A stretch of DNA of 64,000 nucleotides from the NCBI GenBank assembly GCA_964291415.2, contig OZ219917.1, positions 800,001 through 864,000 of the forward strand. Direction: 5' to 3'. A program made the position numbers and the translations under genes. The notes under the pieces were generated by a model. It did not search any database and was not told where the DNA came from. It saw only the letters and a list, made by a program, of their open reading frames with translations. The DNA is from Alphaproteobacteria bacterium (lineage in GTDB: Bacteria > Pseudomonadota > Alphaproteobacteria > SP197). This document shows, one piece after another, positions 47,441 through 57,972 of this stretch (position 1 is the stretch's first letter; every line of letters starts with the position of its first letter).

Positions 47441-48840
47441 TCGAGTTGTGCGACGTGGAGCGTGTTGGTCGCACCGGGAGTGCCGAAGGGGACCCCGGCG
47501 GTGATGACAATGCTCTCGCCGCTTCGCGCGAACCCCTCCCGTGCGGCGAGGACGCAGGCCCGTTCCACCATTCCTGAAAACGACCGTGCGTCGTCCGTGT
47601 GCACCGAGTGCACACCCCAGGCGAGGGACAGGCGCCGGGCAGTCGTGAGGCTCGGTGTCAGGCCCAGGATCGGCACTTCGGGTCTGACGCGCGATGCCCG
47701 CAGCGTCGTCTTTCCCGACACCGAATAGGTGGCGATGGCGCTGGCGCCCAGGGTACCGGCAACCTGGCGTGCCGCCGCCGAGATGGCATCGGCCCCGGTG
47801 GCTTCCGGCGCCCCGGCCTGGGGATCGTAGAACGGATCCTGTTCCACCGTTGTCATGATGCGGTCCATCATGGCAACGGCATCCACCGGGAAGGCGCCCA
47901 CGGAGGTTTCTCCGGAGAGCATCAGGGCGTCGGCGCCGTCATAGACCGCAGTCGCCACATCGGTCACCTCCGCACGGGTGGGTGACGGTGCGAACACCAT
48001 GGAATCCAGCATCTGCGTGGCAACGATCACGGGCTTGCCCACGTCACGGCACATGCGGATGACCCGCTTCTGGACACCGGGAACCTCTTCGGGCCTGAGT
48101 TCCACGCCGAGGTCGCCCCGCGCCACCATGATGCCGTCGGCGAGGTCGACAATCCCCTCGAGACTGTCGATGGCCGCGGGTTTCTCCAGCTTGGCGATGA
48201 TGTTGACGCCGTCCCCGGCCAGCGCCCGCGCCTCGGTGATGTCGTCGGGCCGCTGCACGAAGGAAAGCGCAATCCACTCGACGCCGAGTTCGCGGGCAAA
48301 GGCAAGATCGTCCCTGTCCTTGGGCGTCAGGGCGGCGATGGGGAGCCGGACCCCGGGAAGATTGAGGCCCTTGTGATCGGAGAGGCCTTCGCCGGCCTCG
48401 ACAACGGTCGTGACGTGGTCCCCGCTGCTTGCGACGACCCTGAGCATCACCTTGCCGTCATCGAGGAGGATGGTGTCTCCCTCGCCCGTGGCGGCGAAGA
48501 TCTCTGCATGGGGTGTTCCGACGCGTGCCTCGTTGCCGGGCTCCGGATCGAGATCGATGCGGAACTCCTGGCCCCGTTCCAGGACGATGCTTGCGTTTCG
48601 GAACTGCCCGATACGCAGTTTCGGTCCCTGGAGATCGGCAATCATGCCCACGGGCCGGGCAGACGACTTCTCGAGTTCCCGCAAGGTCGACCGCCACTCC
48701 CGCCACTGGTGGCGGTCGCCGTGGCTCATGTTGAAACGGAAGACGTCCGTTCCGGCCTCGAAGAGCGCTGCGATCGTGTCACGGGACGAGGTTGCCGGTC
48801 CCAGTGTTGCCACGATCTTGGTCTGCCGGTTTCGGTGCAT
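47437..48840 (-). CDS. pyk: Pyruvate kinase
   Basis: TKIVATLGP, RFNMSHG, DLQGPK, IAKLEK, MVARGDLGVE, ATQMLDSM, MLSGET. Confidence 0.98.
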   Translation of the reverse strand: MHRNRQTKIVATLGPATSSRDTIAALFEAGTDVFRFNMSHGDRHQWREWRSTLRELEKSSARPVGMIADLQGPKLRIGQFRNASIVLERGQEFRIDLDPEPGNEARVGTPHAEIFAATGEGDTILLDDGKVMLRVVASSGDHVTTVVEAGEGLSDHKGLNLPGVRLPIAALTPKDRDDLAFARELGVEWIALSFVQRPDDITEARALAGDGVNIIAKLEKPAAIDSLEGIVDLADGIMVARGDLGVELRPEEVPGVQKRVIRMCRDVGKPVIVATQMLDSMVFAPSPTRAEVTDVATAVYDGADALMLSGETSVGAFPVDAVAMMDRIMTTVEQDPFYDPQAGAPEATGADAISAAARQVAGTLGASAIATYSVSGKTTLRASRVRPEVPILGLTPSLTTARRLSLAWGVHSVHTDDARSFSGMVERACVLAAREGFARSGESIVITAGVPFGTPGATNTLHVAQLD

Positions 48841-48855
48841 GGCGCCTCCTCGGGG

Positions 48856-50112
48856 TCACGTGATGAGAATGGCCCGGAAATCATTGACATTCGTGCATGT
48901 CGGTCCGGTGACAATATGGTCTTCAAGCCGGTGGAAGAGACGACCGCTGTCCTGCGCGGCCAGCACTTTAGCCGGTTGCAGGCCGGAGCGGCGGGCGCGG
49001 TCCATGGTTCCAGGGTCGATCATCGCGCCGGCGGCCGGGGTGCTGCCGTCGATGCCGTCGGTGTCGCAGGCCAGCGCATGGATGCCGTCCTCGCCGTCGA
49101 GAGCGACGGCGAGCGCCAGCAGGTACTCCTGGTTGCGGCCGCCCGTTCCGGTGCCGGTACGGGTCACGGTGGTTTCGCCGCCGGAGAGGATCACGTGCGG
49201 CCGGGGGAGCAGGCTGGCGGCCAGATCCCTCGCCAGGCCAGCATGGCGGCGGCCAAGGTCACGCGCTTCGCCTTCGAGATTGTCTCCAAGGAGGGTGACG
49301 CCGGCGCCGGACCTGATCGCCTGCCCGGCCGCCGCCTCAAGGGAGTCCCGGGCTCTGGCGAGTATGGTGAAGGTCGACCGGGAGAGAGCCGCATCGCCGG
49401 GCTTGGGCGTCTCGCTCTTCGCGCACTCGAGCCAGGTCCGTACCGAACCCGGCACATCGAGGCGGTAGCACTCGAGAATGGCGAGGGCATCGTGTCTGGT
49501 TCCGGGGTCGCCCACGGTGGGTCCCGAAGCGATCACGGCAGGATCGTCGCCCGGAACATCCGAGATGGCGAGGGTGACGACTTCGGCAGGCCAGGCGGCT
49601 GCGGCAAGCCTGCCTCCCTTGATGGCAGAGAGATGCTTGCGGACACAGTTCATCTCGCCGATGGCGGCGCCGGACCGCAGCAGCGCTTCGTTGACGGCCC
49701 GCTTGTCGTCGAGCGTGAGGCCCGGCGCCGGCGCCACGAGCAGTGACGAACCCCCACCGGAGATGAGGGCGAGCACGCGGTCTCCTTCCCCAAGCCCCTG
49801 GACGAGGTCCAGAATGCGCCGGGCCGCGTCGATGCCGGCCTCGTCCGGTACCGGATGGGACGCTTCCACCGTTTCAATGCGCCGGGTGTCCATGCCGTGG
49901 CCGTAGGGCGTGACGACGATCCCCTCGATGGGCCCCGACCACCGGGACTCCACAAAGGCCGCCATCGCCGAAGCGGCCTTGCCGGCGCCGACGACAACCG
50001 TCCGTCCGGCAACCGGCGGCGGCAGGACGTCCTCCATGCATCGATCGGCCCGGGCCGCCCCGACCGCGGAATGGAAGAGCGACTCCAGAAACGATCGCGG
50101 ATCGTCGATCAT
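48856..50112 (-). CDS. Glycerate kinase type 2 (MOFRL/TtuD family)
   Basis: GAGKAA, EASHPVPD, ISGGGSSL, KHLSAIKGG, SDVPGDD, GGRNQE, TDGIDG, TNVND. Confidence 0.95.
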   Translation of the reverse strand: MIDDPRSFLESLFHSAVGAARADRCMEDVLPPPVAGRTVVVGAGKAASAMAAFVESRWSGPIEGIVVTPYGHGMDTRRIETVEASHPVPDEAGIDAARRILDLVQGLGEGDRVLALISGGGSSLLVAPAPGLTLDDKRAVNEALLRSGAAIGEMNCVRKHLSAIKGGRLAAAAWPAEVVTLAISDVPGDDPAVIASGPTVGDPGTRHDALAILECYRLDVPGSVRTWLECAKSETPKPGDAALSRSTFTILARARDSLEAAAGQAIRSGAGVTLLGDNLEGEARDLGRRHAGLARDLAASLLPRPHVILSGGETTVTRTGTGTGGRNQEYLLALAVALDGEDGIHALACDTDGIDGSTPAAGAMIDPGTMDRARRSGLQPAKVLAAQDSGRLFHRLEDHIVTGPTCTNVNDFRAILIT

Positions 50113-50176
50113 GGCAGGCCTTGTTGCACGGGCCCCAACGACGAGGCAACTGACTGCGGATCGCTCCATTGTTCCG

Positions 50177-50832
50177 TCACGGCGATGTGCGTCTGACAAT
50201 TCGGACATCGCTTTTGCCGCCACCTTCCGGTTGCCGGCTCAGGCAGGCGGCTTCGCCGCCGGATTCCAGATCACAGGTCATGATACGCCGGTAGATGTAG
50301 GTAAGATCAGAGCATTGGACATCGGCGTGATCTTCAATCCTGAGGCGGCCGTCATCGAGAAAGGCTGCGGTAACTGATTGGAACACGTGGCGCCATCGGT
50401 TAACACGAGCTCCTGGTTGCCCTGGCCATGGCTATCGAAACACATCTCCCCGGAAGCCACATCCGTGATCGCGCCAGTATCGACCTGCTGGAGACTGTAG
50501 TCGGATGCCAGGGACCAGCATCCCTCGAGGAGGGTGATATCGCCTTCCTGCCATTTCTCGGCATCGAGTCTGTCCGGGTCGGGAGGAGTCTCCGGTGGAG
50601 GACAGTCGGGAAGCATGGCGAGTTGAAGCTGAAGGTTGTTGAGCTGGTCCGTGAGGAGGGCCTGGTGCTCGATCTCCGATTCCAGCTCGGTCGATCTTTC
50701 GGTCGGCGGGGGACAGCGGTCGAGGCGGCCGAGGTCCAGACCGCAGGCGGGGATGATGAGCAGGGCGGCCCAGGCCGCGAGTCCGCAAGGGAGGGCAGTG
50801 CCGAGAAGAGCCAGAATGGTCGGGACCCTCAT
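50177..50832 (-). pseudogene. Frameshifted membrane-anchored protein with an SrfA-like C-terminal domain
   Basis: ORF 50278-50832 (TM, coiled coil, GDITLLEGCW...MCFD..GQG...DGATC) continues in the frame of ORF 50177-50386 (AFLDDGRL.I...VQCSD...C...GEAAC) after about 50380. Confidence 0.6.
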
Positions 50833-50933
50833 GGACTCTGGTTCCGCAATCGGCCTGCCATGCCGGTCACCATAGCATGTTCTGCTCTGGCCGGACCCTT
50901 GATCGCGGCCGCTGCCTGATATAGGTCACATGC

Positions 50934-51797
50934 ATGTCCCGGGAACGTCCAGAACATCAGGCGTCCGCACTCAACGGTCACGGGTTTCTGGGCCCCGACG
51001 ATCCGCCGGCCGTCGAGATCGTGAATGCCCGGGGGGCGTCGTCGGCGGTTCTGCTGTGCGATCATGCAAGCAACCGGGTACCGGCTTCCCTTGCTTCGCT
51101 GGGTCTGCCGGGCGGTGAACTTGAACGCCATATCGCCTGGGATATCGGGGCCGCGGAGGTGACGCGGCGCCTCGCCCGTCTGCTTGACGTACCGGCTGTG
51201 CTGTCGGGGTTCTCGCGCCTGGTGATCGACTGCAACCGGTACCTGTGGGACGTGCAGTCCATTCCCGAGAGAAGTGACGGCACCGGCATTCCGGGCAACC
51301 GGAACACGACGCCTCAGGACGTCGAGGATCGCATCCGGCACTGCTTTGCGCCGTACCACGAAGCCGCATCGCGCATGATCGGCGACATCGAGGGGCGCTG
51401 GAGGCCGCCCGCCGTGATCTTCATGCACAGCTTCACGCCCTCCATGAACGGCGAGATGCGGCCGTGGCACGTCGGCGTCCTGTGGGAGCGGGACGGGCGC
51501 ATGGCCATGCCGGCGCTCGACGCCCTGAGACAGCGCGGCGATCTTGTCGTCGGGGACAACGAGCCCTATTCGGCCCTCGAGCCGCGCGGCTACAGCATGC
51601 CCCACCATGCGACCCGCGACGGCCGCCCGGCCATCCAGTTCGAGATTCGCCAGGACCTCATTGCCGATGATGCCGGGGTACGAACCTGGGCCGGGATCGT
51701 CGCCGACGTCCTGCGGCCGCTGCTGGCCGAAGACGCGCTCTATCAAAGGCTCACCCGAGGCGGAGATCTGATCCATGGACGAGACCACACGCACTGA
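50934..51797 (+). CDS. N-formylglutamate amidohydrolase family protein
   Basis: LCDHASN, RHIAWDIGA, SRLVIDCNR, HSFTP, GDNEPY, EIRQDL. Confidence 0.94.
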   Translation: MSRERPEHQASALNGHGFLGPDDPPAVEIVNARGASSAVLLCDHASNRVPASLASLGLPGGELERHIAWDIGAAEVTRRLARLLDVPAVLSGFSRLVIDCNRYLWDVQSIPERSDGTGIPGNRNTTPQDVEDRIRHCFAPYHEAASRMIGDIEGRWRPPAVIFMHSFTPSMNGEMRPWHVGVLWERDGRMAMPALDALRQRGDLVVGDNEPYSALEPRGYSMPHHATRDGRPAIQFEIRQDLIADDAGVRTWAGIVADVLRPLLAEDALYQRLTRGGDLIHGRDHTH

Positions 51798-52104
51798 AAT
51801 CGAGGCCGCCGTCTTCCGCCGGTTGCGCGATCACTTCCAGCGCAAGCCCGGGATCCAGAACATCGATCTCATGAATCTGGCGGACTTCTGCCGCAACTGC
51901 CTCTCGAAGTGGTACCGGGCCGAGGCCGGGGACCGTGGCATCACGATGTCCTACGACGAGGCGCGCGAGATCGTCTACGGCATGCCCTACGGCGACTACA
52001 AGGAGCGCTACCAGGAAAAGGCATCGCCGGAGAAAGTGGCCGAGTTCGAAGCCGGAGAGAAACGCCGCGCCGCCGAGGCGGCGGCGCGTGGCGAGACCTG
52101 GTGA
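51775..52104 (+). CDS. DUF1244-family protein
   Basis: EAAVFRRL, QNIDLMNLA.FCRNCLSKWY, ARE.VYGMPY. Confidence 0.92.
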   Translation: MDETTRTEIEAAVFRRLRDHFQRKPGIQNIDLMNLADFCRNCLSKWYRAEAGDRGITMSYDEAREIVYGMPYGDYKERYQEKASPEKVAEFEAGEKRRAAEAAARGETW

Positions 52105-52109
52105 CCTGA

Positions 52110-52835
52110 CTACCAGCGTTCGACGGCCGGGCGCAGATCGATTTCGTGACTCCAGGCGGTCGGATGCTGGCCGTGGAGATCGAGATAGGTGCTGGCGATG
52201 GCATCGGGATCGAGCAGTGTGTCGATACCCCGTTCGGGGATCTCGTGAGCGTGCTGGGGGCCGTTGATCTGTCCGTCGATGTTGACCAGGGCGACGTGAA
52301 CACCGGCCGGTCCGAGTTCGCGGGCCATGGACTGCGCCAGGGCCCGCAGACCGAACTTGCCCACCGCGAAACCGGCAAAGTGCGCCGATCCCTTGTAGCA
52401 GGCGGTCGCCCCGGTGAAGATCAGGGTACCGCTGCCGCGTTCCACCATGGCCACGGCCGCTGCACGGCCGACGATGAAGGCGCCGAGGCAGGTGACCTGC
52501 CACTGCCGTGTGAGCTCCTCTGCGTCGATGTCGAGAATCGACCGTCTCAGGAACCCGCTGGCGTTGTAGACCACGAGTGACGGTGCGCCGAGCTCGCCCG
52601 TGACCGCGGCGAACAGGCCGGCGACATCCGCCTCCCTGGTGGCATCGCAGGCAAAGGACCTGACGTGGCCGCCGGTGACTCCGGCAACCCCGGTGGCCAC
52701 GCTTTCCGCATGGCCGGAATCGCGCGAGGCGACGGCGACCTGCATGCCTGCTGACGAAAACTGGCGGGCCAGACCGGCGCCAAGACCTTCACCGGCACCG
52801 ACGATCAGTGCCACGCCTTCGAATGAACGGCTCAT
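52110..52835 (-). CDS. Short-chain dehydrogenase/reductase
   Basis: GAGEGLG, VYNAS, FTGATA, FAVGKF, AQSMARELG. Confidence 0.93.
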   Translation of the reverse strand: MSRSFEGVALIVGAGEGLGAGLARQFSSAGMQVAVASRDSGHAESVATGVAGVTGGHVRSFACDATREADVAGLFAAVTGELGAPSLVVYNASGFLRRSILDIDAEELTRQWQVTCLGAFIVGRAAAVAMVERGSGTLIFTGATACYKGSAHFAGFAVGKFGLRALAQSMARELGPAGVHVALVNIDGQINGPQHAHEIPERGIDTLLDPDAIASTYLDLHGQHPTAWSHEIDLRPAVERW

Positions 52836-52883
52836 GAACGTGTTCCTTCTTCAAGGGATGGAGGGGATCGGCCAAGCCCGGCG

Positions 52884-54650
52884 TCACCCGTAGAGGGCGT
52901 CGAGACGGGCGCCGAAGCGCTCGCGGACGGCGTGACGGCGGATCTTGAGGGTGGGAGTCATCAGCCGGTTCTCCACCGTGAAGGACTCCGGCGCCACCAT
53001 GATGCGTCTGATCTTCTCGATGGGCGAGAGGTTCGCGTTGGCACGGTCCACGGCCTCCTTGATGGCGGTGTCGAGAGCGCTATCGCCGGCAAGGCTGGCG
53101 AGATCGGCCTCGAGGCCCCGTTCGCGGGCGAAACCGGCAAGCCAGGTGTCATCGGGCACCACGAGAGCCACGAGATGGGGCCGCCGGTCCCCGTCCACCA
53201 TGCACTGGGCAATCTCCGGTTCCAGGTTGAGAATGCCTTCCACGCGCTGTGGCGCGATGTTGTCACCCCCGGAATTGACGATGATGTCCTTCTTGCGGTC
53301 GGTGATGGTGAGGAAACCGTCATCGTCGAATTCACCGATGTCGCCGGTATGGAGCCAGCCGTCCCGCAACACCTCGCTGGTGGCTTCCTGGTTGTTCCAG
53401 TACCCGTCCATGAGGAGGCCGCCGGCCACGAGAATCTCGCCGTCATCGGCAATCCGAACCTCGACCTCCGGGAGAGGTCTCCCCACGCTCGCCATCTTGG
53501 TGTGTCCGGGAAGATTGCAGGAGACCACCGGCGCGGCCTCGGTCTGTCCATAGCCCTGGAGCAGCGTGAGGCCGAGAGCCGAGAAGAACGTTCCGACCTC
53601 GGGATTGAGAGCGGCGCCTCCCGAAACCATGGCTGTGAGGCGGCCGCCGAAACGGGCGCGCACCTTGTCGCGCACGAGCTTGTCGAGCACGCGGTCCTGG
53701 AGACGTTCGAAGAGACCCAGTGAATCCCCCCGGTCACGCCTGCTCCCAAGTTCGACGGCCTTCTCGAAGAGACGCTTCTTCATGCCACCCTGGCGCGCGA
53801 CGCCTGCGAGAATGCGCTGGCGCATCACCTCGTAGAGCCTGGGGACGCAGGTCATGATGGTCGGACGCGTCTCGGGCATGTTGGTGATGAGCGTGTCGAC
53901 GCCTTCGGCGTAGCGGATTTCGGCGCCGATCGAGATCGGGAAGAAGAAGCCTGCGGTGTGCTCGTAGGCGTGCGAGAGCGGCAGGAAGGAGAGAAACGTG
54001 TCGATGTTCGACAGCATTGGCCTGACGCCCAGCCAGATGCTCTTGAGGTTCGACAGCAGGGCGTGGTGGGAGAGAATGACTCCCTTGGGGAGGCCCCCGG
54101 TTCCCGACGTGTAGATCAGGCACGCCGTGTCCTTGCGCTCGATGGTGGCGATTCGCGACTCCACCCCGGTCGTATCATCGGCCGACGCATCGGACCACGG
54201 GACCACTCTGACGTCTCCGGTGGTGGTGACCGTGTCCATGGCGATGACGCAAGCGACGTCCGCAGCGGCAGCGGCCGGAAGGAACGTGCGGGCCAGCCCT
54301 TCGCCGGAGACGAACGCCATCGCCGCGCCACTGTCTTTCAGGACATGTTCGTGCAGTTCACGGGTATAGGTCGTGTAGGCGGGAACGGTGATGCCGCCGG
54401 CGGCCATGATGGCAAGATCGGCAATCGCCCATTCCGGCCGGTTTTCCGATGCCAGGACAACCCGGTCGCCGGGTTGCAGCCCGAGGGCTACCAGACCGGC
54501 AGCCAGACTGCGCACGTCCTCTGCGACCTTCTCCCAGTTTCTCGGGCGCCATGCGCCGTCTTCCTTGGCCCACAGGAAGGGCCGGCCTGCGCACTGCCCG
54601 GCCATGTCGAAGAACATGGAAGGGATGCTGGTCCAGGTGTCGTACTGCAT
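52884..54650 (-). CDS. Long-chain fatty acid-CoA ligase
   Basis: YTSGTGGLPKG, FLPLSH, QGYGQTE, WLHTGD, DRKKD, TPTLK. Confidence 0.95.
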   Translation of the reverse strand: MQYDTWTSIPSMFFDMAGQCAGRPFLWAKEDGAWRPRNWEKVAEDVRSLAAGLVALGLQPGDRVVLASENRPEWAIADLAIMAAGGITVPAYTTYTRELHEHVLKDSGAAMAFVSGEGLARTFLPAAAAADVACVIAMDTVTTTGDVRVVPWSDASADDTTGVESRIATIERKDTACLIYTSGTGGLPKGVILSHHALLSNLKSIWLGVRPMLSNIDTFLSFLPLSHAYEHTAGFFFPISIGAEIRYAEGVDTLITNMPETRPTIMTCVPRLYEVMRQRILAGVARQGGMKKRLFEKAVELGSRRDRGDSLGLFERLQDRVLDKLVRDKVRARFGGRLTAMVSGGAALNPEVGTFFSALGLTLLQGYGQTEAAPVVSCNLPGHTKMASVGRPLPEVEVRIADDGEILVAGGLLMDGYWNNQEATSEVLRDGWLHTGDIGEFDDDGFLTITDRKKDIIVNSGGDNIAPQRVEGILNLEPEIAQCMVDGDRRPHLVALVVPDDTWLAGFARERGLEADLASLAGDSALDTAIKEAVDRANANLSPIEKIRRIMVAPESFTVENRLMTPTLKIRRHAVRERFGARLDALYG

Positions 54651-54787
54651 TGTCGCCTCCGTCCGCCAGGACAGACAGGGATCATACTGATGCGAGTGAA
54701 GAACCGGCAAGGACCGCCAGCCCGCGGCGCCAGCGGCATTGTCAGGCGAGGCTCCGGAGGATAAGGATGGCGCGCCGCAACCAGGGG

Positions 54788-56569
54788 ATGCGAGGCGTGA
54801 TCGAGGCATCCACTCTCCCCCGCTGGGATCTCTCGGACCTCTATTCCGGACCGGACGATCCGGCGGTCGCAGCGACCCTCGAGAGACTTTCCGGTGAGGC
54901 GGATGTGTTCGCCACGGACTACCGGGAGCGTCTCTCCGGGCTCTCGGCGCAGGCCTTTGGCATACTCATCGAGCGATACGCGGCTCTCGTGGAGGGCATG
55001 GGCCGTGTCGAGAGCTATGCCGACCTGCTGTTTGCCGCCAACAGGAACGATGCCGATGTCGCACAATTCCACCAGATGGTCCGGGAACGGCTGATCGCGG
55101 CCAACAGGGCGCTGATCTTTCTGGGGCTGGAAATCAACAGGCTGGACGAGGAAGCCGTGACACGGCTGCTCGACGACCCGGCTATCGCGCGCTACCGGAC
55201 CTGGTTCGAGGCCCTGCGCAGCTTCAGACCGCATCAGCTCTCCGACGAGGCCGAGGCGATGCTCAACGAACTCGCCGTCGTGCAGGCTGGTGCCTGGGTG
55301 CGTCTCTTCGATCAGACCATCGCCGACCTCACGTTCTCGATCGATGGCGAGGAGCTGTCAGAGGCAGAGGCGCTCGACCGCCTGTCCTGGGCCGACGCCG
55401 GCATCAGGAAACGGACGGCGCGGGAACTTGCCGGCGTCTTTCGTCAGAACGTCAGGCTGTTTGCCCATATCACGAACACGCTCGCCAAAATGAAGGCGAT
55501 CGAGGACGGCTGGAGGTCCTTCGCCCGGCCGGTCTCCTCGCGCAACCTCGCCAATCTGATCGAGGACGAGACGGTCGATGCGCTCATCGGCGCCGTACGC
55601 GAGGCCTATCCGCGTCTTTCCCACCGCTACTATGCCGTCAAGGCGAACTGGTTCGGCTGCGACAGACTGGCCTGGTGGGACCGGAATGCGCCCCTGCCCG
55701 AAGCGGATGAGCCTGCTTACGGGTGGGACGAGGCCCGCGACATCGTGCTCGGCGCCTTCGGCGGATTCTCGCCACGCATGGCCGGCGTCGCCGCGGATTT
55801 CTTCCGGAAACGGTGGATCGACGCCCCCGTCATGCCTGGCAAGGACGGCGGGGCGTTCTCCCATCCGACCGTCCCCGGGGCCCATCCCTACATCCTTCTC
55901 AACTACCAGGGGCGGACGCGCGACGTCATGACACTGGCCCACGAACTCGGTCACGGTGTCCACCAGGTTCTTGCCGCGCCGCAGGGTCCGCTGCTGGCCC
56001 CGACACCCCTGACGCTTGCGGAGACGGCGTCGGTGTTCGGCGAACAGCTCGCCTTCCGGCATCTCCTCGAGCACGAGGACGATCCCCGGGCCCGCAGGAC
56101 GATTCTGGCAGGCAAGGTGGAGGACATGCTGAATACGGTGGTGCGGCAGATTGCGTTCTGCGATTTCGAGATGCGACTCCATGACGCCCGGGCGGAAGGC
56201 GAACTCACCCCTGATGACATCGGTGATCTGTGGATGGCCACGCAACGCGAGAGCCTGGGACCTGCCGTCTGCCTGGACGACGACTACCGCAGTTTCTGGT
56301 GCTACATTCCGCACTTCATCCATGCTCCCTTCTATGTCTATGCCTATGCATTCGGCGATTGTCTCGTGAATGCCCTTCACGCGCTCCATCGCCAGGGCAT
56401 GGCCGGCTTCGAGGACAAGTTCCTCGCCATGCTTGAGGCAGGGGGAAGCAAACATCATCGCGAGCTTCTTCAACCCTTCGGTCTCGATGCGACGAGGAAG
56501 GAGTTCTGGGCAGGGGGGCTCGAGTCGATCAGCAACATGATCGACGAACTCGAGGCATTGCCGGCGTGA
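54788..56569 (+). CDS. pepF: Oligoendopeptidase F (peptidase M3B)
   Basis: PRWDLSDLY, GGAF, TLAHELGHGVH, AETASVFGE, HFI..PFYVYAYAFG. Confidence 0.95.
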   Translation: MRGVIEASTLPRWDLSDLYSGPDDPAVAATLERLSGEADVFATDYRERLSGLSAQAFGILIERYAALVEGMGRVESYADLLFAANRNDADVAQFHQMVRERLIAANRALIFLGLEINRLDEEAVTRLLDDPAIARYRTWFEALRSFRPHQLSDEAEAMLNELAVVQAGAWVRLFDQTIADLTFSIDGEELSEAEALDRLSWADAGIRKRTARELAGVFRQNVRLFAHITNTLAKMKAIEDGWRSFARPVSSRNLANLIEDETVDALIGAVREAYPRLSHRYYAVKANWFGCDRLAWWDRNAPLPEADEPAYGWDEARDIVLGAFGGFSPRMAGVAADFFRKRWIDAPVMPGKDGGAFSHPTVPGAHPYILLNYQGRTRDVMTLAHELGHGVHQVLAAPQGPLLAPTPLTLAETASVFGEQLAFRHLLEHEDDPRARRTILAGKVEDMLNTVVRQIAFCDFEMRLHDARAEGELTPDDIGDLWMATQRESLGPAVCLDDDYRSFWCYIPHFIHAPFYVYAYAFGDCLVNALHALHRQGMAGFEDKFLAMLEAGGSKHHRELLQPFGLDATRKEFWAGGLESISNMIDELEALPA

Positions 56570-57972
56570 CCGACAGGGACCTCAGGGATGCCAACCGGCT
56601 GACCGGGCGGGCGGCCCGCTACGCGAGAGTCGGCGCGGCGGTCGGACGCGTTGGCGCCCGGGCGGTGACCGGACGCGTCCTGGGGAGCCGCTCGGACCGC
56701 GCCGAGATGGCGGTCAATCTCAAGAACGCGCTGGGCGGACTGAAAGGACCGCTGATGAAGGTGGCGCAGCTCCTGGCCACCATCCCTGACGTCCTGCCGC
56801 CGGAGTACGCCACGGAGCTCGCCAAGCTGCAGGTCAACGCCCCCTCCATGGGGTGGCCTTTCGTACGCCGCCGCATGGCCGGTGAACTCGGCGCCGAGTG
56901 GCAGAAGAAGTTCACGTCCTTCGACCGCCAGGCCTCGGCCGCTGCGTCGCTCGGCCAGGTGCACCGGGCGACCACGCCGGACGGCGTCGAGCGGGCCTGC
57001 AAGCTCCAGTATCCCGACATGCAGTCGGCGGTGGAGGCCGACCTGAAACAGTTGAAGGTGCTGTTCTCGCTCTATCGCCGGTACGACAGGGCGATCGATC
57101 CGAGCCGGGTCTACGAGGAGATATCAGAACGCTTGCGGGAAGAACTCGACTACCGGCTGGAGGTGCGTCACCAGCGGCTCTACCGCAGCATCCTGGCGCA
57201 GCAGTCCAGGGTCAACGTTCCGGCAGTCATCGACGAACTCTCCAGCGACCGCCTGATCACCATGGACTGGGTCGATGGAGTGCCTCTGATGTCGATGACG
57301 GAAGCCGACGCCGGGTCACGAAACGAGATCGCGATGTCGATGTTCCTGGCCTGGTACGAGCCGTTCTATGGTTATGGCGTCATCCACGGGGACCCCCATC
57401 CGGGCAACTACAAGGTGCGGCCCGACATGGGCATACACCTGCTCGACTTTGGCTGCATCCGCATCTTTCCGCCGCACTTCGTGACCGGGGTGATCGATCT
57501 CTATCATGCGCTCGGCAAGGACGACCGCGACCTTGCCGTTCACGCCTACGAGACCTGGGGGTTCACGGGTCTCAACGACGAGGTGATCGACACCCTCAAC
57601 ATGTGGGCCGCCTTCGTCTATGCGCCCCTGCTGGAGAACCGCCCGCGGGTCATCCAGGACGAGGGATCGCGCTACGGAGCCCGGGTGGCGTCGAAGGTCC
57701 ATGCCCGCCTCAGGGAGCTGGGTGGAGTCACCGTGCCGCGGGAGTTCGTGTTCATGGACCGTGCGGCCCTTGGGTTGGGAAGCATCTTTCTTCATCTCAA
57801 GGCCGAGGTGAACTGGCACCGCGTCTTCCACAGCCTCATCGACGACTACCGGGAAGAGGATCTCGCCCGACGCCAGGACCAGGCACTGGCTTCGGTCGGC
57901 CTGGACGGAGGAGGACCCTCGGCTCCCCCCGAGGCGGCCGGAAGCGCTAGCGGCCGGCAAACGCCTCCATGA
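56566..57972 (+). CDS. ABC1/UbiB/AarF-family kinase
   Basis: LKGPLMKVAQ, AAASLGQVH, KLQYP, EELDY, HGDPHPGN, LDFGC. Confidence 0.94.
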   Translation: MTDRDLRDANRLTGRAARYARVGAAVGRVGARAVTGRVLGSRSDRAEMAVNLKNALGGLKGPLMKVAQLLATIPDVLPPEYATELAKLQVNAPSMGWPFVRRRMAGELGAEWQKKFTSFDRQASAAASLGQVHRATTPDGVERACKLQYPDMQSAVEADLKQLKVLFSLYRRYDRAIDPSRVYEEISERLREELDYRLEVRHQRLYRSILAQQSRVNVPAVIDELSSDRLITMDWVDGVPLMSMTEADAGSRNEIAMSMFLAWYEPFYGYGVIHGDPHPGNYKVRPDMGIHLLDFGCIRIFPPHFVTGVIDLYHALGKDDRDLAVHAYETWGFTGLNDEVIDTLNMWAAFVYAPLLENRPRVIQDEGSRYGARVASKVHARLRELGGVTVPREFVFMDRAALGLGSIFLHLKAEVNWHRVFHSLIDDYREEDLARRQDQALASVGLDGGGPSAPPEAAGSASGRQTPP

